From IMG/VR virus record IMGVR_UViG_3300034159_000059: a DNA stretch of 17,442 nt. The stretch is one strand, 5' to 3'. The translations under genes were made by a program, and so were the position numbers. How positions within the stretch are numbered: position 1 is the first letter of the stretch; the number at the start of each line of letters is the position of its first letter. Origin of the DNA: a virus. The notes under the pieces were generated by a model, which worked only from the letters and a program-made list of their open reading frames with translations, was not told the DNA's origin and did not search any database. Below are positions 15,132-17,442 of the stretch, piece by piece.

Positions 15132-15554
15132 ATGGGAAGTCCGGCATACGAACCGCTGACCGCCGAAGAGATAGAGCAGTTGCTTCCTCGCGTAATATCA
15201 GCGGCCTGGCGACGTCGTGAATTCCCCATCCCTGTGTTCGACTGTCATAGCTTCTCCAGTGGTCTCTATGGCATCCGAGTGCTCTTCGATGCCGGCATCG
15301 AGGAAGACGGTCAGAAGTGGGTGCACGTGTCCATTTCTCGTGAAGACCGTGAGCCCTCTTGGGAAGACTTGACCACGGTGAAGCGCCTCTTCCTAGGCGA
15401 CGAACGCTGGGCCTACCAAGTCATTCCGCCACAGAGCGAGTTCTACAACGTGGGACTGCCTGGACGCGGTCTACATGTCTTGCATCTCTGGTCGCCTCTC
15501 GACAACAAGCCCAGATTGCCCAACTTCCTCCAGGCCAGAGGAGGAACACTGTAG
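15132..15554 (+). CDS. hypothetical protein (140 aa)
   Basis: GAGGAGAG 4 nt before ATG15132; overlapped upstream by a 21-codon mini-ORF at 15094 (see findings). Confidence 0.6.
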   Translation: MGSPAYEPLTAEEIEQLLPRVISAAWRRREFPIPVFDCHSFSSGLYGIRVLFDAGIEEDGQKWVHVSISREDREPSWEDLTTVKRLFLGDERWAYQVIPPQSEFYNVGLPGRGLHVLHLWSPLDNKPRLPNFLQARGGTL

Positions 15555-15577
15555 CAACAAGAGAAAGAGAGCAAGAC

Positions 15578-15757
15578 GTGACATCGATGTGGGTGCTGCT
15601 GATCTTCATGAAAGCGACCGCGCCGATTGGAGGCGTATCGATGGCACAGGTCTCTGGATTCCACTCTCCAGAGACTTGCATGGTCGCTGCGAAGTGGGTG
15701 TTCAAACAGAACGACCGAGGTTTCATCATCGACGCGACATGCGTAGAGGTGAAGTGA
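15578..15757 (+). CDS. small hydrophobic-N-terminus protein (about 57-60 aa)
   Basis: GTG15578 after purine-rich AGAAAGAGAG, or ATG15587; N-terminus MWVLLIFMKATAPIGG looks signal-peptide-like. Confidence 0.4.
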   Translation: MTSMWVLLIFMKATAPIGGVSMAQVSGFHSPETCMVAAKWVFKQNDRGFIIDATCVEVK

Positions 15758-15760
15758 CTC

Positions 15761-16141
15761 ATGATCACAGATCAAGAAGTGGAGTTCCAGTTCACTGACT
15801 ACGGAGGCGAAGCCACTCACTTCTTCGGGATTCGCAAGCTGGGGTTTCTCGAAGAAGGCGGCTTCATCATCGTCGGGTACCTATCTCCCGCCGGCGCTCT
15901 CCGGAACACTCTCTCAACGAGCATCCCCATCAGCTCAACGGAGTACCGACAGAAGAATGCGACACTGACCAGGTACATGCGCAACCTGGACACTGCGATC
16001 GTCATCGACGACGACTGGGGCCACGCCTACGCCATCGTAGGCTCCAAGGAGTTCATCGATCAGGTAGTTGAGGACTGCATCAAGCATAAAGTTCCCAAGG
16101 ATCTATCCCTCCAACGCCTGCACGACTCAGGAGAGCTCTGA
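15761..16141 (+). CDS. hypothetical protein (126 aa), paralog of the next gene
   Basis: QEVEFQFTDY...HFFGIRKLGFLEEGGFIIVGY and DDDWGHAYAIVG align with QEVSFYLKYQ...HLVGFRKLGFEVSGHFIIEAF and ANDWGRVYTIRA of 16143..16739. Confidence 0.65.
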   Translation: MITDQEVEFQFTDYGGEATHFFGIRKLGFLEEGGFIIVGYLSPAGALRNTLSTSIPISSTEYRQKNATLTRYMRNLDTAIVIDDDWGHAYAIVGSKEFIDQVVEDCIKHKVPKDLSLQRLHDSGEL

Positions 16142-16142
16142 A

Positions 16143-16739
16143 ATGAGCATCAAGAACCAAGAGGTGTCGTTCTATCTCAAGTATCAAGAGTGGTTCCATG
16201 ACAAGCTTCAAGATGTCACCCAACACCTCGTCGGGTTCCGCAAACTAGGATTCGAGGTATCAGGCCACTTCATCATCGAGGCTTTCACAGTTCCGCCGTC
16301 CGAGCGAAGTGCGGGGTATGGTAACTACTACCATGACGTGGCGATCAGCGAACCGCTCTATCGACGCCACAAGCCGACGGGAACCTACTACGTGAGAGCT
16401 TCTGATGTGGAACTCTCCATCGCCAATGACTGGGGCAGGGTCTACACAATCAGAGCCCTGAAGATCCTCATCGACCTACTGGCGGCGGAGTGTGAGCGAT
16501 TCGAGATCCCTCAGAAAGCGGAGGTCTCCGTCAGTGTCGGCGACCTTCTCCGGGAGTCGTTCGAGGCTGCTCGTAAGACCGACAACGTCGTCTCCGTTCG
16601 CAGAGCTATGGACCCAAAGGAGCGAGGTCCTGGCATCGTCAAGCTCTTCCCCGAGCCCATGGTGATCAACTACGAGGCATGGCTCGACGAGCATGACCTC
16701 TTGCCTGATGCCGAGACGCATCTGGTTGGGAAACCATGA
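16143..16739 (+). CDS. hypothetical protein (198 aa), longer paralog of the previous gene
   Basis: AGGAGAG 8 nt before ATG16143, 1 nt after previous stop; shares its N-terminal half with 15761..16141, plus about 80 extra C-terminal aa. Confidence 0.65.
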   Translation: MSIKNQEVSFYLKYQEWFHDKLQDVTQHLVGFRKLGFEVSGHFIIEAFTVPPSERSAGYGNYYHDVAISEPLYRRHKPTGTYYVRASDVELSIANDWGRVYTIRALKILIDLLAAECERFEIPQKAEVSVSVGDLLRESFEAARKTDNVVSVRRAMDPKERGPGIVKLFPEPMVINYEAWLDEHDLLPDAETHLVGKP

Positions 16740-17191
16740 ACGAGAACGCAAAGAGGCTGATTGAGAAGTTCCTCTGCCCTGGTTGTGTCTGTGGCATGAA
16801 CGTGGACTGCGGACACTACAAGCCTGGTGAGGGAGGCGATGAGAAGCCTGGGTTCGAGTGTCTAGGTCATGTGCTCGGAACAGTGCTTATGCCAGGCATC
16901 GGGAACATCGCTCTCGGGCTGCCGAAGGGTTTCAACCGTCCCGGATACTGCCCCTTATGCAAGAGGTCGCCCAACCAGATGCCTGTGCGCCTCTGGCCGG
17001 CAGGAACACATCCGAAATGGGATGACTTCAACATCCCAGTCTGGGCTCTAGAGAAGGACGGGTTTCTCTTCGTTCGAACGGCATGTCCGAGAGTGGCGTA
17101 CTACTTCGTGGATGTGTTCGAAGGAGGCAAGGCGTCGGAGCTCTGCCCTCGCGCCATCGACATGACGTCTCAGTACGACAGCTACGACTAG
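16736..17191 (+). CDS. Cys-rich protein (151 aa), putative metal-binding
   Basis: ATGA overlap with previous gene; CPGCVCGMNVDCGHY...FECLGH...YCPLC; N-terminal MNENAKRLIE is duplicated at 15094. Confidence 0.65.
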   Translation: MNENAKRLIEKFLCPGCVCGMNVDCGHYKPGEGGDEKPGFECLGHVLGTVLMPGIGNIALGLPKGFNRPGYCPLCKRSPNQMPVRLWPAGTHPKWDDFNIPVWALEKDGFLFVRTACPRVAYYFVDVFEGGKASELCPRAIDMTSQYDSYD

Positions 17192-17220
17192 AGCAAGAGT
17201 GATGTCTCTTCTGACATAAG
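17192..17220 (+). promoter_or_regulatory. promoter-like element AGCAAG-N17-CATAAG
   Basis: bipartite motif, 47 nt upstream of ATG17268; overlaps the short inverted repeat GATGTC..GACAT. Confidence 0.3.
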
Positions 17221-17267
17221 ATACTGGCAGTAAAAGCTGTTCGAACTCTTACGCAAGGAGAGACACC

Positions 17268-17442
17268 ATGTGCTTAGAGACGCAGGAGAAGCCGAGCCCG
17301 GAGAAGGTCGCCGACGCGGCTTTGCGGTTGATCACCACCAACAAGTCGCAGCAGCTCAGCAGCCTCGCCCAGGCCGCCAAGCGGGAGAGTGAGTCGTGCT
17401 TCGACTCCGCTCTCAACGGCATCACGATGATGCTGATGAACG
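17268..17442 (+). CDS. hypothetical protein, 5' part (runs off window)
   Basis: AAGGAGAGACACC before ATG17268; open to the window edge. Confidence 0.45.
   Translation, partial: MCLETQEKPSPEKVADAALRLITTNKSQQLSSLAQAAKRESESCFDSALNGITMMLMN

Noticed and set aside
17236-17250. GTTCGAAC resembling a tRNA T-loop
   Set aside because: No acceptor, D or anticodon arm complementarity is visible around it. It is probably just the leader of the 17268 gene.
1-17442. CRISPR arrays, rRNA, tRNA, transposase/IS ends, integrase/att sites
   Set aside because: None was seen. No regularly spaced direct repeats, no rRNA- or tRNA-like structures, and no ORF with recombinase or transposase motifs (DDE, R-H-R-Y) were noticed.

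Overview
This 17.4 kb window looks like part of a phage, prophage or similar mobile element in a high-GC (roughly 58-60%) bacterium. It holds about 41 mostly small CDSs (40-370 aa), nearly all on the + strand. Starts and stops are tightly packed, with many ATGA/GTGA overlaps. Almost every CDS has a GGAGG-like RBS, and the gene blocks are separated by strong GC-rich intrinsic terminators. Only a few products are recognisable. The clearest is a LacI/GalR-family ligand-binding core that entirely lacks the N-terminal HTH (6745..7602). Next to it, behind a terminator, is a 366-aa protein whose motifs tentatively resemble the DIT1/PvcA isonitrile-synthase family (7706..8806). A HicB-like antitoxin sits on the opposite strand (3776..4081), and its upstream partner slot holds only a decayed HicA-like remnant. 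Other notable CDSs are a Cys-rich secreted putative lipoprotein, several small zinc-ribbon-like Cys proteins, three small single-pass membrane proteins and a tandem paralog pair. Regulatory signals recur throughout. A two-part promoter-like motif (rGCAAA, 17 bp spacer, CATAAG) lies about 45-55 nt upstream of first genes of blocks. Terminator hairpins are followed by a conserved T-tract + TTAGCC box. A roughly 580-bp ORF-free, strongly C-rich region (12680..13260) contains short tandem repeats, and its complement has many G-runs. I found no rRNA, tRNA, CRISPR array, transposase or integrase. The long minus-strand ORFs in the six-frame track read as antisense artefacts of high-GC coding sequence.
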